Source: Candidatus Ozemobacteraceae bacterium
GTDB taxonomy: Bacteria > Muiribacteriota > Ozemobacteria > Ozemobacterales > Ozemobacteraceae
Reading direction: 5' to 3'
Length of the DNA: 64,000 nucleotides
NCBI GenBank assembly: GCA_965140445.1
Contig: OZ223236.1
Span: forward strand, 96,001-160,000
Position numbers and translations under genes: made by a program. Below the pieces are notes generated by a model. The model saw only the letters and a program-made list of their open reading frames with translations, was not told where the DNA came from and searched no databases. Of this stretch, positions 19,537 to 28,347 are shown in pieces (positions within the stretch are counted from its first letter, which is position 1; every line of letters begins with the position of its first letter).

Positions 19537-22500
19537 ATGAAAAAAATAAAGGCGAATTTACGAATAAATCCTGTAATCATTTTGGTCTCATGGTCATTAA
19601 TGGTTCTTTTGCCATTTATTTGTCTCAAGACAGCGCTTTTTGTCTTTTTTGGAATAGAGTTTTCCCAAAACAAAACTAGAATCGAACCAATTCTTTATTC
19701 TGAACTCCAAAGTTTTAGACAAGATTTGGATGAAAGAAAAATGCTTAAAGAGAAGCTATTGGAATTCGATAGCAGGCACGGCTTTAAATATTCTGAAGGC
19801 GATCTAACTTCCAAAATCGAAAAGGAGAAGATTTTATCAGCTTTGCATCTTAGAAAGCTGCTTGAGAAACATCTTAATTTTTCTGTTCTAGCCGTAATGA
19901 ATTATTCACCTGACATACAAAAAATTGATTTTAGCTTAAACACAGCCTTGCAATCCCACATCAAGCGACCACCGAAAATCATGATGAAAAGGATGTTCAG
20001 CATACTTGCTCAACAAAACCGTTGCAATCCGGTTTATCCAGAGACTTTTAAACCGGCATTTCCAGTTGGAACCGACCTCGATACCGGAACAACCAAAAAT
20101 AATTACACTGGAAATTTTCTTCAACTAACCTTTGGGACAATATTTCCGCACTATCCGAAACCTGGCCAATTGTTGGAAACAGCTGCCTCAAAAACAGGGT
20201 TAACAGGAAACATTTTCTTTTATTATTCCGAAAAAAAAATGAAAAGCAAAAACGGAGTCCATAATCTTGGTGGCTACCTTGCTGTCATAAGGCTACAAGA
20301 TATTCCAGAAAACATGATTGTTAAATTTGCAACAAAAAGGAATTTATTCCCGGACATTAAGCGAAAAACCATATTTTTAAAAAAACAACTTACCTTCCCT
20401 GAAAGTTATGAATACAAGGATATTAGTAGATTCTATGAATTTGAAGACAGGTATGCGTTAGTAACTATGCTTCCGCAAATCGCAATAGTTAGAAGAATTC
20501 AGAAAGGAACAATTCTTCCAAAATCATTCGCAGATTTCTCTAATAAAGTAGTTGCCGTTGAAACAAGCATAAGCAAAAAAAAGCTCCAACATGAACTGCA
20601 GAGATACCAAAAGGAGTTTATTTTCCTGTCATATCTTTTTATTCTATTTGGGTCTTTTCTTTTTATCCGACTATGGCTATTTGGAATGGACTTCAGCGCA
20701 TCAATCTCTCTTAAAATTTTTGCAGCAGCCTTCTGCATATGCCTGATACCAATTTCCAGTCTTTATACCTTGAACCTTGTATATATTGAACAGGAAAAAA
20801 ATGCAATTTCGGAGAACATGAAAAATTATCTTGAGTCCAAAACAGCCTATATTGAAAGAAAAGTCATAACAGAAATGAGAAACTACAGGCAAAAAACGGT
20901 TCAATTAGGAAAAACAATTCTCTCTGGGCAAAAATATGACAACCGTAGCATTGAAAAAATACTTGAACCCTGGTGTGTTAAAAATTGTGCCAACGGTGCC
21001 AACTTTCAAAAATTTGAGCAACGCTTCTTTAGCTACACAACACCTGAATGCAAAGCGGATAAAGCTTTCATGCAATCATGGGAGCTTAAGAAGATTTTTT
21101 TCAATTCAGTTGTGGAATTTATCCTAAGCTCTAAGCTGATAAATCAAAAGGCAGGAATCCCCAGTTCATTACTTACTGATGGTTCGAATAACGCGGAGAG
21201 TGTTCATCAAATGCTTTCTAGCGGGGAAAAATTAATTACGATTGCAAGGGTTTCAAAAAATAGTCGTCTTAGTGGTTATCTAATTAAGGAAATAGTAGGC
21301 AGTGAGACCCACCCAATCGCAATGCTGGCAGTAGATTACAATGTAAAAAAAGTATTGAATGAGGTTTATAAAAGTACTTTTAAGGATTTTGAATTCACCA
21401 CCAAACTTACTGACTTCACCATCGATTTGGGAATTTTTTCAGCAGACAACAATATTCTAACCCCAATTGCGCAGTGCTTTTCACCTAACCTCCAAGCCTC
21501 TCAAATTGTGAAGTTATTAGAAAAAAGAAGCGGAGTAAAGAAAAAGCTTTTCTGGAAAGAGACAACTGATAAACACTTGATATCATCTATAGTAAAATTT
21601 TCTCCACAACTTCCATTTGTCATTTTTGCTCAAAGCAAGAAAGAAATTTCATCGTCTCAAAGTAGTTCAAATGCATTTATTTGGATCTACCCTATTTTAG
21701 TTCTTTTAATTACTCTTCTTTTATCAAATCTGTTTTTCATTTCACCCACTAGAAGTTTAGCCAACAGCCTTTCAGAAATAGCCAGCGGAAATCTTAATCA
21801 TAAAATAAATCTGAAATCAAAAGATGAGTTTGAAGCTTTATCAAATGAGTTTAATCTAATGACCAAAAGTCTGATTGAAAAAGAGAAATTAGAAAAATTT
21901 GTTTCTCCCGCTCTTCTTGAAGAAATCAATAGAAATACTGAGTCGGTTATGACTCCTGGCGGCGAAAAAATTGAAGCCACTGTTCTTTTTTCATCTATCC
22001 GTAAAAAAGTGGAAACCGACGCTCCGCTTTCTCCAGAAAAAGCAGTCGCTCAGCTGGATATTTTTCTCGGAATTTGCAATGCAATCTGTACCCAGAATCA
22101 TGGAGTTATCGACAAATTGATTGGCAATACAATAATGATGGTTTTCAGAGGAAAATTCGATGACACAGATCATACCAGCCGAGCCTGCATAGCTGCTCAA
22201 CAAATTACTGAAGCACTATCTTCCCATAGCCATTTATACTGTTCATCTGGATTAAGCTCTGGCCTCGTTGTATCAGGAAAAATCGGTTCAAAAACAGGAA
22301 AACTAGATTACACCGTTATTGGCGACACAGTAAACATGGCTGCCAGACTAAAGTCACTGGCAGAAAAAGAATCAAAAAGCAGCATTATTATCTCTCAAAG
22401 CATTTTTGCAAAAGTAGATAATTCATTTATTAAAAAAGAGCTTGCCGCAGTAAAAATTAAAGGTAAGACAGGTGAATTCAGAGTTTTTGAGCTTGTTTAA
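19537..22500 (+). CDS. membrane class III nucleotidyl cyclase, subunit B (4 TM-HAMP-cyclase; C2-like)
   Basis: HAMP DEFEALSNEFNLM; FSSIR and DKLIGNT lack both Asp; DYTVIGDTVNMAARL and KIKGK intact. Confidence 0.9.
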   Translation: MKKIKANLRINPVIILVSWSLMVLLPFICLKTALFVFFGIEFSQNKTRIEPILYSELQSFRQDLDERKMLKEKLLEFDSRHGFKYSEGDLTSKIEKEKILSALHLRKLLEKHLNFSVLAVMNYSPDIQKIDFSLNTALQSHIKRPPKIMMKRMFSILAQQNRCNPVYPETFKPAFPVGTDLDTGTTKNNYTGNFLQLTFGTIFPHYPKPGQLLETAASKTGLTGNIFFYYSEKKMKSKNGVHNLGGYLAVIRLQDIPENMIVKFATKRNLFPDIKRKTIFLKKQLTFPESYEYKDISRFYEFEDRYALVTMLPQIAIVRRIQKGTILPKSFADFSNKVVAVETSISKKKLQHELQRYQKEFIFLSYLFILFGSFLFIRLWLFGMDFSASISLKIFAAAFCICLIPISSLYTLNLVYIEQEKNAISENMKNYLESKTAYIERKVITEMRNYRQKTVQLGKTILSGQKYDNRSIEKILEPWCVKNCANGANFQKFEQRFFSYTTPECKADKAFMQSWELKKIFFNSVVEFILSSKLINQKAGIPSSLLTDGSNNAESVHQMLSSGEKLITIARVSKNSRLSGYLIKEIVGSETHPIAMLAVDYNVKKVLNEVYKSTFKDFEFTTKLTDFTIDLGIFSADNNILTPIAQCFSPNLQASQIVKLLEKRSGVKKKLFWKETTDKHLISSIVKFSPQLPFVIFAQSKKEISSSQSSSNAFIWIYPILVLLITLLLSNLFFISPTRSLANSLSEIASGNLNHKINLKSKDEFEALSNEFNLMTKSLIEKEKLEKFVSPALLEEINRNTESVMTPGGEKIEATVLFSSIRKKVETDAPLSPEKAVAQLDIFLGICNAICTQNHGVIDKLIGNTIMMVFRGKFDDTDHTSRACIAAQQITEALSSHSHLYCSSGLSSGLVVSGKIGSKTGKLDYTVIGDTVNMAARLKSLAEKESKSSIIISQSIFAKVDNSFIKKELAAVKIKGKTGEFRVFELV

Positions 22501-22526
22501 TAAAAGTTACAAAAGAGTAATATACG

Positions 22527-22575
22527 GCAAAGCAGCCTCTCAATATACGAATTACGATATGAGAAACTGCTTTGC
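22527..22575. terminator. hairpin between convergent cyclase and etf operons
   Basis: GCAAAGCAG..TCTCA/TGAGA..CTGCTTTGC; the mismatches become G-U pairs on the minus strand. Confidence 0.6.
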
Positions 22576-22579
22576 TTAT

Positions 22580-23593
22580 TTATCCGGCGTTTCTGGCAAG
22601 AGCCAGTTCTTGCTGTAGAGCTGGAATTAGCCTGGTTACATCTGTAACGATACCAAGGTCTGCATATTCAAAGATTGGGGCATCTTTGTTTTTATTTACA
22701 GCAACGATGAAGCCAGATTCTTCCATTCCCGCAACGTGCTGAATCATACCTGAGATACCGCAAGCAACGTATAGATCCGGCCTGACTGTTTTGCCGGTTT
22801 GTCCAACTTGTCTGTCCTGGTCAACCCAGCCCGCGTCAACAACTGCTCTTGAAGCAGCAACAAGGCCTCCCATTGAGCCAGCAAGCTCATTGAGCTTCTG
22901 AAAGTTTTCCGGGGTTCCCATTCCGCGGCCACCTGCAACCAGAACAGAAGCATCTTCGATATTCTTCTTTTCAACTTTTTCTATGACTTCTTCTAAAATC
23001 TCAACATTCTTATCAGCAGCTTCTATAGGGACATTCATACGAACAATTTCGCCTTTTCGGCTTGAGTCTGCTTCCAGTTTGCGCATAACACCAGGTCTCA
23101 CAGTTGACATCTGTGGGCGATGTTCAGGGCAAACAATAGTCGCCATAATATTTCCGCCAAACGCAGGACGGGTCATGAGAAGATTTCTTGACGCATCATC
23201 TACCGTTAATTCAGTACAGTCGGCAGTAAGTCCGGTCTTGCAACGCGCAGACACTCTTGGGGCGAGATCTCTGCCTATGGTTGTTGCACCAAAGAATACT
23301 ATTCCAGGGTTTTCTGAATCAATTGCTGCACATAAAGCCTTGGTATAAGGCTCGGTCATATATTGCTTATAATCTGCGCCTTCGATCAGAATTACTTTTT
23401 CTGCTCCATGCGCAATAAGATCTGAAGCCATCTTATCACTGAGATTATCGCCAACTAAAACAGCAACGAGATGTTCTTCCAAGGTATCAGCTATATTTCT
23501 TCCTATCCCGAGAAGCTCCAAAGCAACTTTCTGCACCATCCCACGTCTTTGTTCGGCAAATACCATTACGCCCTTATAATCTGAAATATTCAT
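22580..23593 (-). CDS. etfA: electron transfer flavoprotein alpha subunit
   Basis: [34 protein letters not shown]. Confidence 0.96.
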   Translation of the reverse strand: MNISDYKGVMVFAEQRRGMVQKVALELLGIGRNIADTLEEHLVAVLVGDNLSDKMASDLIAHGAEKVILIEGADYKQYMTEPYTKALCAAIDSENPGIVFFGATTIGRDLAPRVSARCKTGLTADCTELTVDDASRNLLMTRPAFGGNIMATIVCPEHRPQMSTVRPGVMRKLEADSSRKGEIVRMNVPIEAADKNVEILEEVIEKVEKKNIEDASVLVAGGRGMGTPENFQKLNELAGSMGGLVAASRAVVDAGWVDQDRQVGQTGKTVRPDLYVACGISGMIQHVAGMEESGFIVAVNKNKDAPIFEYADLGIVTDVTRLIPALQQELALARNAG

Positions 23594-23620
23594 AGTTTTA
23601 TTCTCCTCAGTCGCAACTCA

Positions 23621-24400
23621 TCAAATGATGAACTTCTCTTTAAGGTTCTCAACAATAATCTTTGCGCCTTCTGCAGGATCAACTTCATAGACCTTACCTG
23701 CAGATCTTGTACCTTTGGTGTAAGAGGCTTTCACTCTGGTTGGGGACCCCTTAAGTCCGATATTTGCATGATCGACTTCTAAGTCTGTTAAGTTCCAAAC
23801 GGTTATTTCTTTTTGATATGAATCAAATACGCCTGCAACCGACATGTAGCGAGGTTTATTCATGTCTTTTAAAGCGGTAATCAAGCATGGATAATTTACT
23901 TTTATACGCTGATATCCATCTTCAAATACCCTCTTAACCTCTGCGGAAGAATCATTTACCTTAAGTTCAGAAACGTAACTCACATGTGGAATGTTCAAAT
24001 GTTCAGCGATTTGCGGGCCCACCTGTGCGGTGTCCCCGTCAATGGCCTGGCGTCCACATATTATCAAGTCCCACTGGATTTTTTTGAGGGCAGCAGCAAT
24101 TGTACTTGATGTAGCCCATGTGTCAGCACCGCCAAAAGCCCGGTCAGAAATAAGAATAGCTTCATCTGCGCCCATCGCAAGAGCTTCACGCAGAGCAAGG
24201 TCGGCCTGAGGAGGCCCCATAGTAAGAACAGTCACCTGAGCACCCTTCTCATCTTTCAGAGTCAAAGCAGCCTCTAAACCACTTTTATCATCTGGGTTTA
24301 TGATGCTTGGGATGCCCTCACGAATAAGAGTGCCTGTTGTGGGGTTAATTTTAACTTCCGTAGTGTCTGGAACCTGTTTCATGCATACTACTATTTTCAT
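23621..24400 (-). CDS. etfB: electron transfer flavoprotein beta subunit
   Basis: MKIVVCMKQVPDT, GRQAIDGDTAQVGP. Confidence 0.96.
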   Translation of the reverse strand: MKIVVCMKQVPDTTEVKINPTTGTLIREGIPSIINPDDKSGLEAALTLKDEKGAQVTVLTMGPPQADLALREALAMGADEAILISDRAFGGADTWATSSTIAAALKKIQWDLIICGRQAIDGDTAQVGPQIAEHLNIPHVSYVSELKVNDSSAEVKRVFEDGYQRIKVNYPCLITALKDMNKPRYMSVAGVFDSYQKEITVWNLTDLEVDHANIGLKGSPTRVKASYTKGTRSAGKVYEVDPAEGAKIIVENLKEKFII

Positions 24401-24415
24401 TTTCCTGCCTCCAAC

Positions 24416-25555
24416 TTACTTAAGCACAGATGCTGCAATTACCATGCGCTGAACTTCTGAGGTGCCTTCATAGATTTCAGTTATCTTCGCGTCCCGCATC
24501 ATTCTTTCAACTGGATATTCACGGGTATAGCCATATCCACCATGCAGCTGAACAGCTTTTGTCGTTACTTCCATTGCAGTCTCAGAAGCAAATAATTTGG
24601 CCATGGCCGCTTCAACGCTATATGAGGCTTTAGAGTCTTTCAGGCAGGCTGCTCGGTATACCAGAAGTCTGGCGGCATCTGTTTTAGCTTGCATATCAGC
24701 TAGTTGAAACTGAGTATTCTGAAATGCAGAAATTGGTTTGCCAAATTGCTTTCTCTCTTTTACATAAGAAACAGTTTCGTCAATCGCTCCCTGAGCTATA
24801 CCAAGAGCTTGAGCAGCAATTCCGATTCTTCCCCCGTCAAGGGTTTTCATGGCAATGCCGAATCCCCGGCCTTCTTTTCCAATAAGATTTTCAACTGGCA
24901 CTTCGACATTTTCAAAAATTAGTTCACAAGTTGAAGAACCGCGAATTCCCATTTTTTCTTCTTTTTTTCCAACAGAAAAGCCCGGCATGCTTTTTTCAAC
25001 GATAAATGCTGAAATGCCTCTGGTGCCCTTACTTCTATCCGTCATGGCAAGAATTATATACACATCTGCATAACCTGCATTGGTGATGAAAATCTTTGAA
25101 CCGTTAAGAATATATTTGTCACCCTTAAGATCGGCTGTAGTTTGTTGTCCGGCAGCATCTGTTCCTGCATTTGGCTCTGTTAAACCGAATGCGCCAAGTT
25201 TTTTACCACTGGCGAGATCTGGCAGGTAGCGTTTTTTCTGCTCTTCAGTTCCAAACTCGAATATAGGAGCCGCACAAAGTGAGGAATGTGCTGAAAGAAT
25301 AACTCCCGTAGTTCCACAAACTTTTGAAAGCTCTTCAACAGCAAGAATATACGCTAAATTATCTCCACCTGCTCCACCCAGTTCCTTTGGGAAAGGAATT
25401 CCCATAAAACCAAAACGAGCCATTTTCTTAACTGTTTCTACCGGGAAAAATTCTTTTTCGTCGACTTCTTTAGCAAGAGGCTTTACTTCTTTTTCAGCAA
25501 AGTCTTTGTACATTGTTGATAATAGTTTATGTTCTTTAGTTAATTGGAAGTCCAT
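24416..25555 (-). CDS. bcd: butyryl-CoA (short-chain acyl-CoA) dehydrogenase
   Basis: GAFGLTEPNAGTDA, GSKIFITN, QLHGGYGY, EIYEGTSEVQR; adjacent etfBA. Confidence 0.9.
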   Translation of the reverse strand: MDFQLTKEHKLLSTMYKDFAEKEVKPLAKEVDEKEFFPVETVKKMARFGFMGIPFPKELGGAGGDNLAYILAVEELSKVCGTTGVILSAHSSLCAAPIFEFGTEEQKKRYLPDLASGKKLGAFGLTEPNAGTDAAGQQTTADLKGDKYILNGSKIFITNAGYADVYIILAMTDRSKGTRGISAFIVEKSMPGFSVGKKEEKMGIRGSSTCELIFENVEVPVENLIGKEGRGFGIAMKTLDGGRIGIAAQALGIAQGAIDETVSYVKERKQFGKPISAFQNTQFQLADMQAKTDAARLLVYRAACLKDSKASYSVEAAMAKLFASETAMEVTTKAVQLHGGYGYTREYPVERMMRDAKITEIYEGTSEVQRMVIAASVLK

Positions 25556-25627
25556 TTTTTACCTCGCATTCCAGTGATTCCCTGATTTCTGCATTTAGCA
25601 GCGAGAGCTTAAAAAGATTTATTCAAA

Positions 25628-26047
25628 TTAGCTGGCTCTCGCCTTTAATGATTGGATTTTGTAGCTATGTCGCTGTTTTTCTTTTGGAACAACACAGGTT
25701 CCAACTGCTTTACATACAACTATTGGTTCATCAAGAACGTCTGCAGCAGAATCATTAATCTCCTTAAGTGGAGCTATTACTTTCCGCGCTTCAAAAACCA
25801 TTTTTCTGGAGGAGTTTCCCTTTTGTACGATCTCGCCGGAAGCTTCAATATAGTCTCCAGCGTAAACTGGGGCTAAAAATTCAACTTTTTCATAGCCAGC
25901 AAAAAGTCCTTCGTCTCCATCATTTATTATTAATAATTCCGTTGCCACATCGCCAAATAGCTGAAGCATTTTTGCTCCGTCAACAAGATTTCCGCCATAA
26001 TGTGCGTCTGCACAACTCATTCGCAGCCTGATTTTAGCTTTTTCCAT
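25628..26047 (-). CDS. kal: 3-aminobutyryl-CoA ammonia-lyase (hotdog fold)
   Basis: [38 protein letters not shown] signature. Confidence 0.88.
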   Translation of the reverse strand: MEKAKIRLRMSCADAHYGGNLVDGAKMLQLFGDVATELLIINDGDEGLFAGYEKVEFLAPVYAGDYIEASGEIVQKGNSSRKMVFEARKVIAPLKEINDSAADVLDEPIVVCKAVGTCVVPKEKQRHSYKIQSLKARAS

Positions 26048-26065
26048 TTTATTCACCTGAATTTT

Positions 26066-26497
26066 CTAGTTTCTGGTTTCAACCATTAATGTGGCTTCTC
26101 CATCTACAACTCGCTTATCTCCGACATAGCAGGTGGTTCTAAGGGTTACGAATTTTTTTTCAGGAACAGTTCCCGTGACTTCAACTCTTGCAACAACAGT
26201 GTCGCCGACTCGAACAGGGGCCTTAAATTTAAGACTCTGGGAAACATAAATACACCCAGGTCCCGGAAGCTTTGTTCCAAGAACAGTAGAAACAAAGGCA
26301 GCCGACAGCATTCCATGGGCTATTCGGCCTTCGAACATGGTGCTTTTTGCAAAATCTTCATTTACATGAACCGGGTTAAAATCGCCAGAGATACCTGCAA
26401 ACATGATAATGTCTGCTTCGGTAACAGTTTTAGCAAAATCAGCTGACATGCCAGGGTTAAGATCTTCGAAATAGTATCCGTGTAAACCGTTGTTCAT
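26066..26497 (-). CDS. phaJ: MaoC family (R)-specific enoyl-CoA hydratase, PhaJ-like
   Basis: SGDFNPVH, RIAHGML, LPGPG; AGGAG RBS before ATG 26497. Confidence 0.8.
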   Translation of the reverse strand: MNNGLHGYYFEDLNPGMSADFAKTVTEADIIMFAGISGDFNPVHVNEDFAKSTMFEGRIAHGMLSAAFVSTVLGTKLPGPGCIYVSQSLKFKAPVRVGDTVVARVEVTGTVPEKKFVTLRTTCYVGDKRVVDGEATLMVETRN

Positions 26498-26559
26498 TCT
26501 GTTCTCCTTGATCTGATTGCGAAATATGAGTTCTCGCAATTTGCGCTACCATAAATAGA

Positions 26560-26718
26560 ATGTGATTTTTTTCCCAAACATCTATTCGAGACTCTTGTAA
26601 AATAAATCTAGCAATTCATTCTGTCAAGCAAAAAGTGATTATTTTCACTTGTCAACATAGCCATTTTTAAAGACTTTGCACAAACAGCGGCGCAGCATAG
26701 TGATTTTTTTCTCAAACA
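26560..26718. promoter_or_regulatory. three GTGA-N6-TC(A/C/T)C operator-like boxes (Rex/CRP-like)
   Basis: ATGTGATTTTTTTCCCAA (26560), AAGTGATTATTTTCACTT (26633), TAGTGATTTTTTTCTCAA (26698). Confidence 0.55.
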
Positions 26719-26876
26719 ATATTTTTCACAAACTTGAGAAAAACGACTACAATTTTGCTGAAAAATTGCTCACTGTTTTTTTTATTTATCTGGGGTAAAA
26801 TTTTTATAAAACTGAAAAACGCTTTTGGGGATCTGATTTCATCCAAGATTTCTGTCTATAGTAGGGTAAAACATTT

Positions 26877-27161
26877 GTGACCAACGAAATTATCCAAGTT
26901 CTCATAGCATTTTTCTGCATTTTTCTTAGCTACATACCAACAACAAGTATTTTTTATTGCTTGTGTGGGCACATGCCCGTTGGAGCCTGGAAGCCATCTA
27001 TAATCTCAATATTGATATGTTTACTGGGAATCTGGCACTTCAAAAGACCATACATCCTCGTTTTCACATTACTTTTAATTCTACTTTACGGGGCATGGGT
27101 TATGGAAAGGACATGGACTGATCCACATCTTCACGCTATTCAAAACAGTCTTGTACACTAA
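26877..27161 (+). CDS. small 3-TM membrane protein
   Basis: hydrophobic 94-aa ORF, GTG start after AGGG. Confidence 0.55.
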   Translation: MTNEIIQVLIAFFCIFLSYIPTTSIFYCLCGHMPVGAWKPSIISILICLLGIWHFKRPYILVFTLLLILLYGAWVMERTWTDPHLHAIQNSLVH

Positions 27162-27285
27162 GTTTTTACTAAATCTTAGAAATCTTCGAACTTTCTGTAT
27201 TGCACTTTGTAATGCAGAGTTTTTGCGTGCTATATTTTATTAAACGACATTAAAGCTAGCGAATAAATTCTTTTTAGGGGAAATC

Positions 27286-27910
27286 ATGAGAAAATTCTTT
27301 CCAGCAATTGTGTTTTCATTTTTAACATGCATTATCTTTTGTACTGGGTGTGGCAGTATTAGTAAAGAAGATGCGAAGTTAGCCCTTGAAAAAAAAAGAT
27401 TACAAAACAGCCTTAAAAGCCTTCAAAACACTGGCGAAACAAGGTGATGGCTACAGTCAGATGATGGTAGGGGCAATGTATTTCGGTGGGAACGGCGTTG
27501 CCAAGGATAATTATGAGGGCCTGGACTGGTATAAAAAAGCTGCCAAAAGCGGTTATACCGAAGCACAATTTAGACTCGGATCAGTTTTGCTTAGTGGTGT
27601 TGGAGGCATTCCAATGGATTCAGCTGAAGGAGAGAAATGGTTGCTAACTGCAGCAGAAAAAGGACACGAAGAAGCTCAAAATTTCCTGGCCCTTTCCTAC
27701 TCAACCGGAATGGGATTAAAAAAGAATAATGCACAGGCATATTTCTGGTGGACTATTCTTTCAGAACACGGAAAAAACAAAGAGCTAAAAAAGGAAGCAA
27801 AAGAACATCTTGGCGATCCAATGAGCTATTCATCGTATGTAACCAAGCTATCATCAAGCGACTACAATGCCATGAATAAAAAAGCCAAAAACTGGAAACC
27901 AAAAAACTAA
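27286..27910 (+). pseudogene. Sel1-repeat lipoprotein, frameshifted in an A9 tract
   Basis: RBS + ATG 27286 give a lipoprotein-like leader (..FCTG-C); the Sel1 repeats lie in the +1 frame; removing one A from 27389-27397 joins them. Confidence 0.8.
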
Positions 27911-27942
27911 ACACGAATTGGTCATTTTCAGGAGATTTTGAA

Positions 27943-28323
27943 ATGGACAAGTTATTAGCGGAAGCCAAAAAAGTTTTGGGCAACTTTAAACTGAATAATG
28001 GAAACTGTTTTTTTGCAGGCTCTGTGGCTGCAGCACTAGAGACCTCAAACGGCAATATTTTTACCGGAATTTGTATCGATGTCGCCTGCGGTATTGGTTT
28101 TTGCGCTGAACACTCTGCAATAGCTGAAATGCTTAAAAACAGAGAAACCCGAATAATTAAAATACTTGCGATTTCAAAAGATGGCTTTTTGCCCCCCTGC
28201 GGTAGATGCAGGGAGCTTATTTCTCAAATAGATAAGAATAATATCGAGACCAAAGTCTACTTATCAGAAAACGAATGCGTAACATTGGATGAGTTGCTTC
28301 CAAAACGTTGGCAGCCAAGCTAA
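27943..28323 (+). CDS. cytidine deaminase family protein
   Basis: FCAEHSA and PCGRCRE Zn motifs. Confidence 0.88.
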   Translation: MDKLLAEAKKVLGNFKLNNGNCFFAGSVAAALETSNGNIFTGICIDVACGIGFCAEHSAIAEMLKNRETRIIKILAISKDGFLPPCGRCRELISQIDKNNIETKVYLSENECVTLDELLPKRWQPS

Positions 28324-28347
28324 GATTTAATTAAACAGAGGGCAATA

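Noticed and set aside
27943..28323. Deaminase as an anti-phage or toxin system
   Set aside because: Motifs fit an ordinary small cytidine deaminase and there is no defence context.
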